A stretch of DNA of 35,994 nt, taken from Diploschistes diacapsis (Eukaryota). The translations under genes were made by a program, and so were the position numbers. This document shows positions 24,225-35,071 of the stretch, piece after piece. The stretch is from assembly GCA_023645945.1 (NCBI GenBank), contig JALAIB010000070.1, positions 1 through 35,994 on the forward strand, in the 5' to 3' direction. Each line of letters opens with the position of its first letter. Position 1 is the stretch's first letter. A model generated the notes under the pieces. The model searched no databases. It saw only the letters and a list, made by a program, of their open reading frames with translations, and was not told the origin of the DNA.

Positions 24225-24760
24225 TCAAAGCCTGGTGCTTCCGAGCAGGTTGTATCTCTTGGAGAACAGCAAGGTACAAGCATTAGTTGGCGAAACATCT
24301 TCGCTGCATTGGATTGAAGTGAACCAGATCCCGTGAATAGCAATCCTAGTCCCGTCCGAGCTGATAGCATGGCCGAAGCTCAGGCAGATTGCTTCGTCTC
24401 GTTTCCAGCGGCGGTCCACAAGCTTGTCGCCGGCGTCCAGCAACCTCCCCTTGCGAAAGGCAGCGCTCTCTAGTGGTGTCCTGCGGGAGTTCAGGGCTAT
24501 TTGCAAAGCACTTTCGGCGAGCAATGGGGGCATTATGCATCGTTTGAGCATTTTAGAACCGCCCCGTCTTTGGTATCGAAGCCCCCAAAATCGTCTGCAT
24601 GTCCCCAGGACCGGGGCCCGACTCAGACCAGATAAGTCCTTCGTCTCGAGGGCTTCCGATAAGGCTGGCGGCATCGATGGCAGCGTTGCGATGCAGCTGC
24701 GCTCAGCGTCTGTGGCAGAAGATGCCACTCTAAAACGCTTCGACGTAAGCTGGGCTTGTA
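24225..24760 (-). pseudogene. Possible decayed gene fragment, weakly resembling fungal PD-(D/E)XK-like hypothetical proteins
   Basis: Minus-strand stretch ESALQIALNS...LSFGHAISSDGTRIAIHGIWF looks protein-like; no clean start, and upstream frames are interrupted by stops. Confidence 0.25.
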
Positions 24761-25624
24761 AATCCGTCTAGGTGAGCTTAACGCGCAGTTATGAGAGAAT
24801 CCTTCTGATTCGTGGAGCGCATGGGAGCGGCCGCGCTCGGCGCAGAAAGCAGAGCCACTGCAAATGTTGAAACGCTTCCAGCTACAATCGATGCTACTCT
24901 ATGCCATCGTTGAGGACGGGCAATTGAGCAATTGGAAAGAGAGGGCTGTTGTTTGCACAGAAACGACTCAGTTAAGAATTAGTCCGGCTCCAGCAAGTAA
25001 CGTTTCTTTTGGATGGAAGCTTCATGTTTGATCCCAATATACAGCAACGCTTGCGCATTCGATCGATCGGACCAGAAATGCGTACTTGATCTTGAGTTCT
25101 ATTTCGTGAAAAAGGCTGATCTACGCTGACCTCCCCCAAAATCCACGCGATTTTCTTCCTTGTGTTTTGCCTATACCTATGCGCATGGTATTCAGATTTA
25201 TAGAACGATACGTCCCTGCATCCTCTAGTTTTTCCCGACTATCTGCCGGTAGACATTTCGATTTCGAAGCGTACCCGAGCCGGCGATGATACTCCACAAA
25301 TGCGGGATCGGATTTTTTCTGCGAGGACGGAGGTACGCAGGGCAAAACCGGCGATCCGGCATTATCGCTCTTCAGCAGGAGGCCAAGATTGGTTGAGCGT
25401 CATGCTTTGTGGAGACAGGTAGGGGATTGGTAAGATGAGAGGATAGGAGCGGAAAGGGAGCCGCCTTACCTTATTATCAGAGGCATTCTTCATAAGAAGA
25501 CGATATGCCAGTGCAATCAAAGGCATACCTTCAGAACACGTTGCCGAAGTATCTTGTGCATACGCTCCCAGAAACGGAAAGAAGAAGCGGTCGATAGTCC
25601 ACGCGCAACGTTTTTGCCGCAAAT

Positions 25625-26423
25625 ATGTCGAACCTAATCGTCGTACTCGGCGTGACAGGCACGCAGGTAGGCTCCCTCGCATTCCTACTCCAGCAAGCTC
25701 ATCTTATACCGTATCTCCACCCCGACTAACCGAAGAATTCCGAAGGGGCTTCTCCGCAGCAAATACCTTCCTCTGGCACCCGCACTGGCGCGTCCGCGGC
25801 CTCACGCGGAACCCCTCGTCGGACGCCGCTCAAGCTCTCACAGCACGGGGCGTCGACATCGTCTAGGCGGATCTCGACGAACCGGGCACACTCGTCCCCG
25901 CATTCCAAGGCGCGCATGCAATCTTCGCCGTCACGGACTTTTGGGCCTCGGTCTTCTCGCCCGCTGGCCAGGAAGCCGCTAAGGTTCAGGGAAAGCCCAT
26001 CAACGAATATGCATATGACCAGGAGGTAAGGCAAGGGAAGAATGTCGTAGATGCGGCTTCGGAGGCCTCGGTCACGGAGACGCTGGATAGGTCCGTCTTC
26101 TCTGCGCTGTTGGACGTGAGGAAATGGAGCGGAGGGAAGTATAGGTGCGTGTATTACTTTGATGGTAAGGCGGCGATAGTACAGTATGCGAGGAAGGAAA
26201 GAGGGTTTTGGCGGAGAAGATGAGTACGGTGCAGATTGGGGACTATGCGGATAACTGGAGAAAGTATCCTGCACTGGCACCGCAGAAAGTTGGTAGTGGG
26301 ATCTTGTTTATATTCTTTAAACGAGAAGGGGGACACCACATGCTGAAGATGAATTAGCAATCAGACGGAGCGTTTCTGCTCACCAAGCCGATGTCCGGAG
26401 AGGTGAGACTCACCCCTTCTTAA
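25625..26423 (+). pseudogene. NmrA-like (HSCARG-type NAD(P)-binding) pseudogene
   Basis: MSNLIVVLGVTGTQ|intron 25667-25745|...WRVRGLTRNPSS...GVDIV*ADLD...AFQGAHAIFAVTDFW...EVRQGKNVVDAA...YFDGKA. In-frame TAG at 25864-25866, apparent frameshifts near 25746 and ~26200, and 3' truncation after a second intron (26289-26357). Confidence 0.88.
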
Positions 26424-26791
26424 TTCCATACCCTATACTGTATGCTCTACAAGTCTTACCTAGTACAATATACACACAATACAACAAAACTGGAAACTGG
26501 CCAGATGTTGAAGTCGGTCTGGATGCGGGTCAGGACGCGGGCTCCTTCAGATATCGAAGAATAACATCTATTTGTCCCTATCTCCAAGAGCAACAGCAAT
26601 TTTTCGGCGGTCCTTAAAGCTGTGAAGAGGAGTAAATGAGTATCAAATGCAAGCTGTTGTTGACTCCAGCTGTAAGCTATCAATACGGAGTATATTCATT
26701 TAAATCTCTTGGTCCCGCTTTTCTCATTTCGCTCTTCTTGCTACGCCTATCTTGTCTTCTGAGGCCGGCTACTGTCTCCTACGCTGTAACC

Positions 26792-27341
26792 ATGCTCGAA
26801 TTTTTCGCCATTGCTGCCGCTCTCTTCGGCGCTTCCACCGTCTTTACAGACCTCACCTGCAAGAACCTCATACCCAAACGACACCTCAAGAACAACCATG
26901 TCAAGGTCAGCTTCTATAACGCCGTAAGATCTGCAATCCAAACCAGGCTTCGTGCGCTTTGAGGGTGGGCTCCTGTACAATGCCCCGAGGAAACTAACTA
27001 GCCTTGATCCCAGAACGGCGACAATACCCCTACTCTCCCCGTCAACGCCAGTATCAGCAACCATTGGCAGCCTTCCAACCATAACACCAGCATGGGAGCA
27101 ACTTTCTAATCAAGACCTGCACTAGCACCTCCCTCAGCACGCCCGGCACACAGTACACGGACTACGTCCGGGCCATCAAGCCGACCACAGACCACTGCCT
27201 GACCGCGCTCAACTACAACGCCAGTTCCCCGTTAACAGGTTTCCAGCCCTGCAACGCCAACCCGACCAACCTATCGTAGCTCTGGGAGACACTGTCCTTT
27301 GGGTGGAAACCTAAACCACCCGTCTGGGTGCATGGAGGTGG
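26792..27341 (+). pseudogene. Disrupted small secreted protein gene with a ricin-B (QxW)-like Cys motif
   Basis: Signal-peptide-like MLEFFAIAAALFGASTVF; intron 26924-27013 (GTAAGA..CTAAC..CAG) in phase; the frame stops at TAA 27107-27109. A shifted frame continues ...DHCLTALNYNASSPLTGFQPCNANPTNLS*LW with TAG at 27277-27279. Confidence 0.55.
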
Positions 27342-27815
27342 GATTTCAACCTCATTACGATGTTAGCGCCATGCGGATAAGCCACCAAGTAGACCGATCA
27401 ACTGGCTTGGATTGGCGAGTGATGGGTAAGAGTGTCAAGGTCGTGCAGTCTTATACTGGGCTCGGAGCCCGAGCTGCAGCAAGCTTGAGGGGGCAGCAAG
27501 GGTGTATAATGGGGACTTTGGAGACAAACAATGAAAGGGTATATAGAAATATTAGATATATGGTAAAAGAAAATTACTTACAGTACCGGCGCCTGATAGA
27601 ATAATTGGACGCTCAGTTCAGATCCAAGGAAGGCGGTGAATGCTCGGATGGCAGAACAGAATATATGTCGGCAAAGCTTGGGCATGACTTCCGGGATCCC
27701 AACTTTCTTCATTTCTCTGGCTTCAACTCCCCCGCGAGCTCCATCATACTCTATAGACTCCTAAGATCGTCGAGGAAGCAGCCCGCTTGGGTTCGAAAGA
27801 CAACTTAACGCCAAT

Positions 27816-29006
27816 ATGCAGGGCTTTAGTAAGCTCATCTCAACCCTGAGTTTAGGCAATTGCTCACTTTCCCGCAGATATGGGACGGTCTGTCGAGAGC
27901 GCTTCCAGGTCGTCAAGGGCTAATGCACTGGTAGCTACGTCCCGCCCGAACATGAAGGCATTGTTTCGGCGAACAGACTTGCGGGCAAGTGAGTTGCATC
28001 ATAGGTGCAGCAGCTGCAGACTGAAACCTTTAGGCATGCTCTGGGGAACCGAGCGAAAAAGGCCGGTCAAGGCATTCTCACCGTACGGTTCGAGATGCCA
28101 TTCGCTATATGGTGTACTACGTGTCCCCAGGAGACCATCATTGGGCAGGGTGTCCGTTTCAACGCCGAGAAGAAGATGGTGGGGAATTACTACAGCACAC
28201 CCATCTACAGCTTCCGAATGAAGCATACTGCTTGTGGAGGATGGATTGAGATCCGAACAGACCCTAAGAACACTGCATATCTGGTGATAGAGGGTGCGAA
28301 AAAGAGAGACTACGCAGAAGACAAAGTGGTCGAGGGCGACCTCCAACTCAGGACGGAGGAGGAAAAGGACAGGCTGAGAAATGATGCATTTGCCGCCCTC
28401 GAGGTTACAATAGATGATAAGAGGCAAGCAACTGCAGACAAGAGGCGAATAAACGATCTCTTTGAAGCCACAGAGCGAGATTGGGAGGACCCTTACGCAG
28501 CAAATCAAAAGCTTAGAAAGGAGTTCCGGGTGGTCCGAAAGAAGAGAGAGAAAGACCATATTGCACGAGAGTCTCTCAAGGACCGCATGAGCCTGGGCAT
28601 GGAGCTCCTCGACGAGACCGAAGAAGATCGAAGACGAGCTAGTCTCGTAGATTTTGGCGAACGCGAAGATGCTAGCGTACAAAGACTCGTCAGGGACGTG
28701 CAGGCGAAGGGGCTTTTTCATTCTCCCAAACATGCTTTTGGGCGTAAAGCTAAGCCTGATGGGTCCCTGAAGTTGAAGGCGGTTCTTGCAATTGAGAAGA
28801 GTAAAGATCAATTACGGCAGGAGCTGGGTCAGAACACAAGGACGGCGTTGGATCCTTTCTTATCTTCAAAACCCGTCATTTTTCGCTCTGTGTTCGGGGT
28901 CAAGCGAAAAAGAGCCACAGGAGAGACAGGGCAAGACAATGATAGAGCGGAAAGTAATCAAGACGATACAAAAGCAGGAGGTTTAGTTGAGTACGACTCA
29001 GATTAG
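27816..29006 (+). CDS. saf4: Saf4/Yju2 (CWC16, CCDC130-like) splicing factor; exons 27816-27828, 27878-27887, 27935-27988, 28034-29006
   Basis: Spliced N-terminus MQGFNMGRYVPPEHEG...KHALG, then VRFEMPFAIWCTTC...GVRFNAEK...YSFRMKHTACGGWIEIRTDPKNTAY (zinc knuckle); C-terminal LVEYDSD. Confidence 0.92.
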
Positions 29007-29429
29007 GAAGCTGCGTCCAATTTCTCTACTACTTGACCTCCGTCTTTCAGTAACTTAATGATTCGATCCAAAGCCCTGAACCCCCTAAATAAACGAGCTG
29101 GATGATGGATTCAGGAATACCCCGTGGTCATAAGAGGAAAGGAGGATGATTGGTGCTAATTACCGAGGGGGTGGTGCTCTGGATATAAAGGCACGGTAGT
29201 GTGGCCAGACCTCAGCTGCTTGTTTACACCTACAACTCGTTTTGATTCATTGATAAACAATCTCAATCTTTTCTCACTCATTAGAGGCTGCTGAAGATAT
29301 ATCTAATCATACATGATGCCCCGACTCGGGAACATCCACCCAGTAGGGTACAAATGGCCTGCTATACGGTAAGCATTCACGGCAGACCATGAAAGAATTT
29401 CCCACTCTACCCTGATTCGCCATACACTA

Positions 29430-30530
29430 TTAAAGTATCCAATTCTCAGCGGCAAACAAGTCCATACTGCTTTCATCGAAAGGCCCTTCCACAAGATTCT
29501 TCAATGCAAGCTAATTCATTAGGACAAGTTCAGAGAAAGTAAGATAACAGAAGGCGATAATACTCACCATAACCTGATATTTGACCATACGGTCATTTGC
29601 CACGTTCAAACTTCTATCCCAGAGCCACCGTTTTAGTAATTCCTGCCATTCTTCCTTTTTTTTTTGTAATTCTCCTTCCGATATTTCCGATCTCGATAAA
29701 TAAGATTTCGCCATTCCTCGTAGACACAGTAACGTCCCAACGGTGTCCGCCTGGTTCCGAAGACTCTCGTCCCGTAGCTCCTTTCGCAGAAATGTGGAAA
29801 AGACATTCTCATTAACATACAGATTGGCGCCATTGCAAACCAGCATGATATAACGCGCGTACATCGCCTGATCGATAATACGAGCCCTAGATTCGTTTGC
29901 CTGCATCGTCATAATGTTGAAAACCTCTTCGAGCCTTTCGGTGTCATCTCCGTCAAAATTCACGTTCGATCTGTCTGTGGCATCAGTGTGTCCCGGGGGA
30001 CGTTCAATTTTGTTAATTCTTGAGCGGTCTGCACGCATGCACAGCTTTTCGTGATAATCCCAGTAACTGCCAGGATTGGTTTCAGTCATATTCGTCGCGA
30101 GCATGTCCTCGAGTCCAAATTGATAGGGCAGATTATATACGCTTTCGAGGCGATTCGATGCATCCACGTAAAGGCGCAAGAAGTTGTCGATACGATCTGG
30201 AGCACGGTAGGACACCTGTTTCATCGCCAGGAAGATTTGCCAGCAAGTGTTGGGCACGAATTTCAAGCTCGTCCCCTCGACCATATCGCACAGGCCGACG
30301 ACTGCCGAAGTATACCTCTGGTTCTCCATATCGGTTGAAAGCGCAGATTCAAAGATCTCTTCGGCAGTGTTTTGTGTCCCTTTCAAAGTCTCTGGCAGTT
30401 CTTGTGCCCCTTCCAAAGCCTTTGGCAGTATCCTGTGCCCGTCCCAAAACCTCCATGATTTACGAGATAACGATGGTGCCCTAGAGAAAGAAGAGATGCT
30501 ACCGAGGTAGCGATAGTATCGGGTTCGCAT
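29430..30530 (-). CDS. Hypothetical (orphan-like) protein; exons 30530-29568 and 29510-29430
   Basis: 339-codon ORF. Intron 29567-29511 (GTGAGT..CTAAT..TAG) leads to an in-frame final exon LALKNLVEGPFDESSMDLFAAENWIL*. Start codon uncertain; no recognised domain. Confidence 0.65.
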
Positions 30531-31267
30531 GTTGGATAGAAAATGATTGAGCGATCAAAGGTTAAAGCGAATCAAGGAAAAAAATAGAAATCATATTCTG
30601 AATAATGTGCCAGTTCAAGATTTTCAATACGTTTTGGGGGGGGGAAAATATGGAGAATTCGGCTTTTTTATTCCCTTGGCCGCTGGTCCCATGAGCGAGT
30701 AAAAAATAAGGTAGAGCAACTTCTCTCAACCACATACAAAGCACTTTAAATTTTATATATTATATAAACAACAGCATCCGAAAGAAAGAACGAGGACATC
30801 CCAAGAAGGATATCGCTATACAGAAAGCAAAAAGGGGGGGTTTTGATTATCTTGAGCCTAAAATGCTCTCGTAAGCCCTGTGTTTTTTTCTCTTTCTTTT
30901 TCTTTCCTAATCATGTCGTCTCTTCGTTTCATTCCGCTGGCGAGTTGGTTCTTAGCCCGGTCATTCTGTTTCCTGCACACCATCGTCTCTTCGAAATGCT
31001 GTTGCCCCTTACCGAGAAGGATAGATACATAAAATACATGCATACGTCTGGCGCCATTCAGAAACCCCCATTTCTTTTCCGATGGAGGTGAGCACCTCCT
31101 CTCCCTTTATCCCTCGGTTCCTGCTGCATCCACTGGGCATCCCCGTTCAAAAAAGCTGCCGTAGCGTATTCACCCGTTTCTATGTACGTGCACGGCTTAT
31201 CGCTCCCGAATGCATTGTTTCCCTGCCCTACCACGAGCTTCGTCTCTGACACCCTGCATCTTCAGCT

Positions 31268-34200
31268 TCAAACCAGCCATTCCGGATCCGCATCCTCGTC
31301 TTCCGGATCGTGCGAGAGGAGCGAACCTGTTTCATCTTTTTTCCCCTCTTCCTCTTCCTCTTCTCCCTTTCCCACCTCTTCTCCTTCCCGTATTTCATCT
31401 TTGGCCGCCCTTCCGACTTGTCCTACTTCCCCTGCATCATCCTTGCTGCTGTTATTCTTCCCAATATGAATGTCTGAGGTTGCCCCGAGCTCTGCCTTGG
31501 AGGATTTGAAGGGCACTGGGGTCGTAGCTTGTTGTTCAACAGCGGTGGAGGAGGCCGCGTTTCCAGAAGCGTCGCGATGGTCATGACGGTCGGCTACGGA
31601 TCCGTTGCCACCACCAACACCATCGCCTCCTTCCTCGAGGGCCATCTCGTCGCCTTGGCTTTGCTCAGATAGATTCGGCGGACGCCCTTGCTCATCAGGC
31701 CCTTCGGGCCGAGGAACGAACCCACCGGAGATATCCCATGATACATCGCCATTGGCCCGGCCGTTATGCCCACCGTCAGGACCCGTTGATGGCTCTACCT
31801 CGGGAAGGAATCCTCCGTCCCCGTAGTCATTTGACGGCTCGTCCTCGAGTACCAAGCCCTCGACTTCTCCGCCCTGAACAGGCTCTGGGGCATCTCCCGC
31901 TCTTTGCCTCTCGGGTTCCGGTTCGGGGGGTAATGGCTTGCCCCACGTCACGCCGATTGGCTCCCTTGCATCTAGCAGAGCCTTCGAAATCGGCGCCGCC
32001 TCGTCTAGGTCCTCGATCGGTTCCAGATCAGGTTCAGGAGCTGGTATATTCGACGTAGAAGACGTAGCATGTCTGTCCGGCAAGAATCCGCCACCTCCAT
32101 CGCTTCCACTGCTTTCATCTTCGCCCTCAGTCCCCTTCTTCTCTCCAGCATCATCCCCACCCCCCAGCCCCACAATCCTCTCCCTAATCCTTAAGCCCCT
32201 CAAAAACCTCCTCCACCCCCTCATCGCCATCTCGCTCCTCCTTATCCCCTCCTCTTCTTCAAAGGCCCATTGGAACCCCTCGATCGCTTCAACGACGCCC
32301 TCGTGGAACTCCCCAGCCACGACTATGCCCTTGACGACCGCCGTCCCCTGACGGCCTTTGAACTCGAAGCCCGTCACCGCGTCTGCGTGGTCAACGCCCA
32401 GGAGTTTAGCAGCGCCAGCGGCAAAAGGATGGGAGATCCACACGGCCCCGGCAGGGATCATAGAAGGGATGTAGATATCTATGTTACCATATACATTACG
32501 GGGCACGCTGCCGTTGGAAATAGGAGGGGGAACGTAGAGGCTGGTCTGAAAGGCGGCGTACATGGGTTGTCCAGGTCTTTCGTTTGTAGGTGCATCGTCA
32601 GCAAATGGGTCTCCTTCAATGTCGTCGTAGGCGTGACTATTGCGGCCGGTTTTCCTGCGCTTGGGTTCGAGGATCTTCAGGGGCTTCTCGTCCGGCTTGA
32701 GTTCCCGGCCGAGACGAAACCAGCTCTCTGCGCTCTTCACTACGTGGACGTCGTTGCGACGGTATATGGGTTCGAGGGGCTTGTTTGTGCCGGCGGAGAC
32801 TTTGCCAACTTGGCGCTTGGGGTGAAGGACTTCGTTGCGGCGAAGGTGCCGCTCTAGCGCGTAATAAGGGTGGTTTTTGAACTCCTGTATGTTCTTTGGC
32901 ATAGGCTCTTGGGCTTCCTTGGTGGCCAGCTCGGCGTTCTCGACCTGGTCGCGGTCCAGCTGGTAGGAGGGTTGATACATGCGTAGCACACGCTTCCACC
33001 ACTTGTCGCCGCCTTTGGTGCCGTCGACGCGGGAGCGCCGGGTTTTAGCGTTGTAGGCCTTTGCGTAGCGGCGGGTAACGTCCTTGGCGTAGCCATCTTC
33101 TTCAAAGGCGAGGACGTAGGATAGATTGTTTTCGGGGTCGCTTGCTGGGGGTTCGAACTTGGAAGGTTTGCTTATTGTTTTTGTGACAAGAGGGTCGACG
33201 GGGATCCACTTCTGCAGAGCTGGGTTGAAAACTTCGACCCAGAATATCGGGTAAGGGGATTCCCTTATGCGCTTGTTCTTCGGCTCTATATGAAGATCAG
33301 ACAAGCAAGTTGAGACCGCGGAAAATGAACTTACTAGGTAGTGTGGCAGCTACTTTAGGTTTCGGAGGTGGCTTCGACGAGAAGCCAGCGCGTCCAAAGC
33401 GGCGGACAGGTTTCGGGACCGCTCCAGGACTACTGTACGCTTTAACGTCGGGAGAGCTGGCGTGGTCTGAACGCTCATCGTGGGACTCGTGGCCGCTGTC
33501 GTTGCCTATCATGCCTTCTCTCGTCTCTGGGTAGGCAACTGTCCTTGCGGGCTGTGGCTTTATCGGTGTCTGGCTTTTGGCTACACTGACAAACGGAAGA
33601 GGCTGCAAGGAGCAGACCAGCCGTACATCAAGACTAAGAGATCTCAGCATCGCGCAGAAGAGCTGTGCACCAATGTCTCGAGATGCCGATTTCTTTTCCG
33701 CTAGGTCGCGGAAATCCTCCTTTCGTACTGGAAGGTCGATATCCTCCGGAATAGGCAGCTAGAGACCCGAGTCAGCGCATTCTCTCCTACGCATTGTGCC
33801 CGACTTCGTAGCATCATATGGAAGAGGCAACCAACAAGAGAATCAATGTACCTCAGCCAGTTGCTCCTGGTCCTCAGCCCAGTAGTTCCTCGTCATTCCC
33901 CGTGCGCTGATCTCAAAGTGCTGTCGGAATACCTCAGCGGCCTTTTCAAGCCCATCTGTAAGTGATCCAGATTGTTGGAACTGCGACTGGACTTCGTTAT
34001 CCTCCAAGCATTTGACCACAGAACCAGGCAGGAGTTTTCTCAGGCAAGCCTTCTGCCCTTAGTTTCCTACTTTGACGATACAGATCGACGCATACCTGAA
34101 CTTCCAAATCGTTGCACCAATGATTCCTCCGATGCACGTGTGCAACAAGCGCAAGTACATGCATCTTATGCACTTCGAGCCGTAGCTTCCGTTCAGCCGC

Positions 34201-34728
34201 CGTAAGAGGCTTACGTCTAGGGCCGGACGCCTTGTCGAGCCGAAGGTCATCGGCTCCAAAATCGAGATTCAGGTCTCCCACGTCTCGCGTGGGTTTCGAT
34301 TGTGCTTCTCCGCCTAGTGCCCCCAACGTAACGTCCTCCCAGTCGGCATCGTCGTTATCCTCAGAATCATCATCGTCATCATCGTCGTCATCATCGTCAT
34401 CATTGTAGATCGTCGGTCGGACCCGCGCCGGCTCGTGCAGAGTTGGCTCTTGATCAGTAGCTTCTCCCTGCTTCGCAGCCGCGGCGTCTTCGGGCCTGGG
34501 ATCCTGAAGGCCATCGTGGCCGCCGGAAACGACCAAGCGGCCCCCCACCCTTCGTTTCTTGATCGCTCGCCCGTCTTCGCTGGCGCTCGCTGGGGACGCC
34601 GCGCCTGCCTCGGCAAGCATTTCCTGGAAGACGTCTGGCTCGCTCGAAGGCTCTTTTGCTTTTGCTTTTCGGGGTCTGCCCGGAGCGGGTCTGCTAGCGT
34701 CCCGTCCTTTACGCCATCGTTTAACCAT
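31268..34728 (-). CDS. RAD4: DNA repair protein Rad4/XPC; exons 34728-34096, 34052-33852, 33758-33335, 33285-31268
   Basis: RLEVHKMHVLAL...RRNHWCND, transglutaminase-like fold (LFCAMLRSL...RLVCSLQPL; YPIFWVEVF; KDVTRRYA), BHD1-3 (FKNHPYYALERHLRRNE, PRNVYGNIDIY, ADAVTGFEFKGRQG). Three canonical introns restore the frame. Confidence 0.95.
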
Positions 34729-35071
34729 GGCTTCGTGAGACCTGACGATGAGGGCTTGCAATTAAGGGGTGTGCTGTTGATCGTTCGGCATCGGGTCTCA
34801 TTTATTCGACCCTAGTGAGTCATTTTTCTCGGCTCGACTACGCCTCAAGTACTCCGGGCCTGGATGACGGTTTATCTCGGGAGCACTACCTGCTCCGCTC
34901 ACTCTCCATATAAATACTGTAGGGTGGACAATTATTTTACGTACACGTTAAATCAGATCCTATATAAATATATATATATATTTCCTTGAGTTTTTTTTAA
35001 AGTTATTTAATAGCGTATATAAGCCATCGTTCAAGGAAAATGTATTTCATGGCAAAATTTTGATTACCGGT

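Noticed and set aside
25726..26280. 184-aa minus-strand ORF
   Set aside because: Antisense shadow of the NmrA-like pseudogene.
27999..28811. 270-aa hydrophobic minus-strand ORF
   Set aside because: Antisense to the charged Saf4/Yju2 coding sequence; the hydrophobicity follows from codon complementarity.
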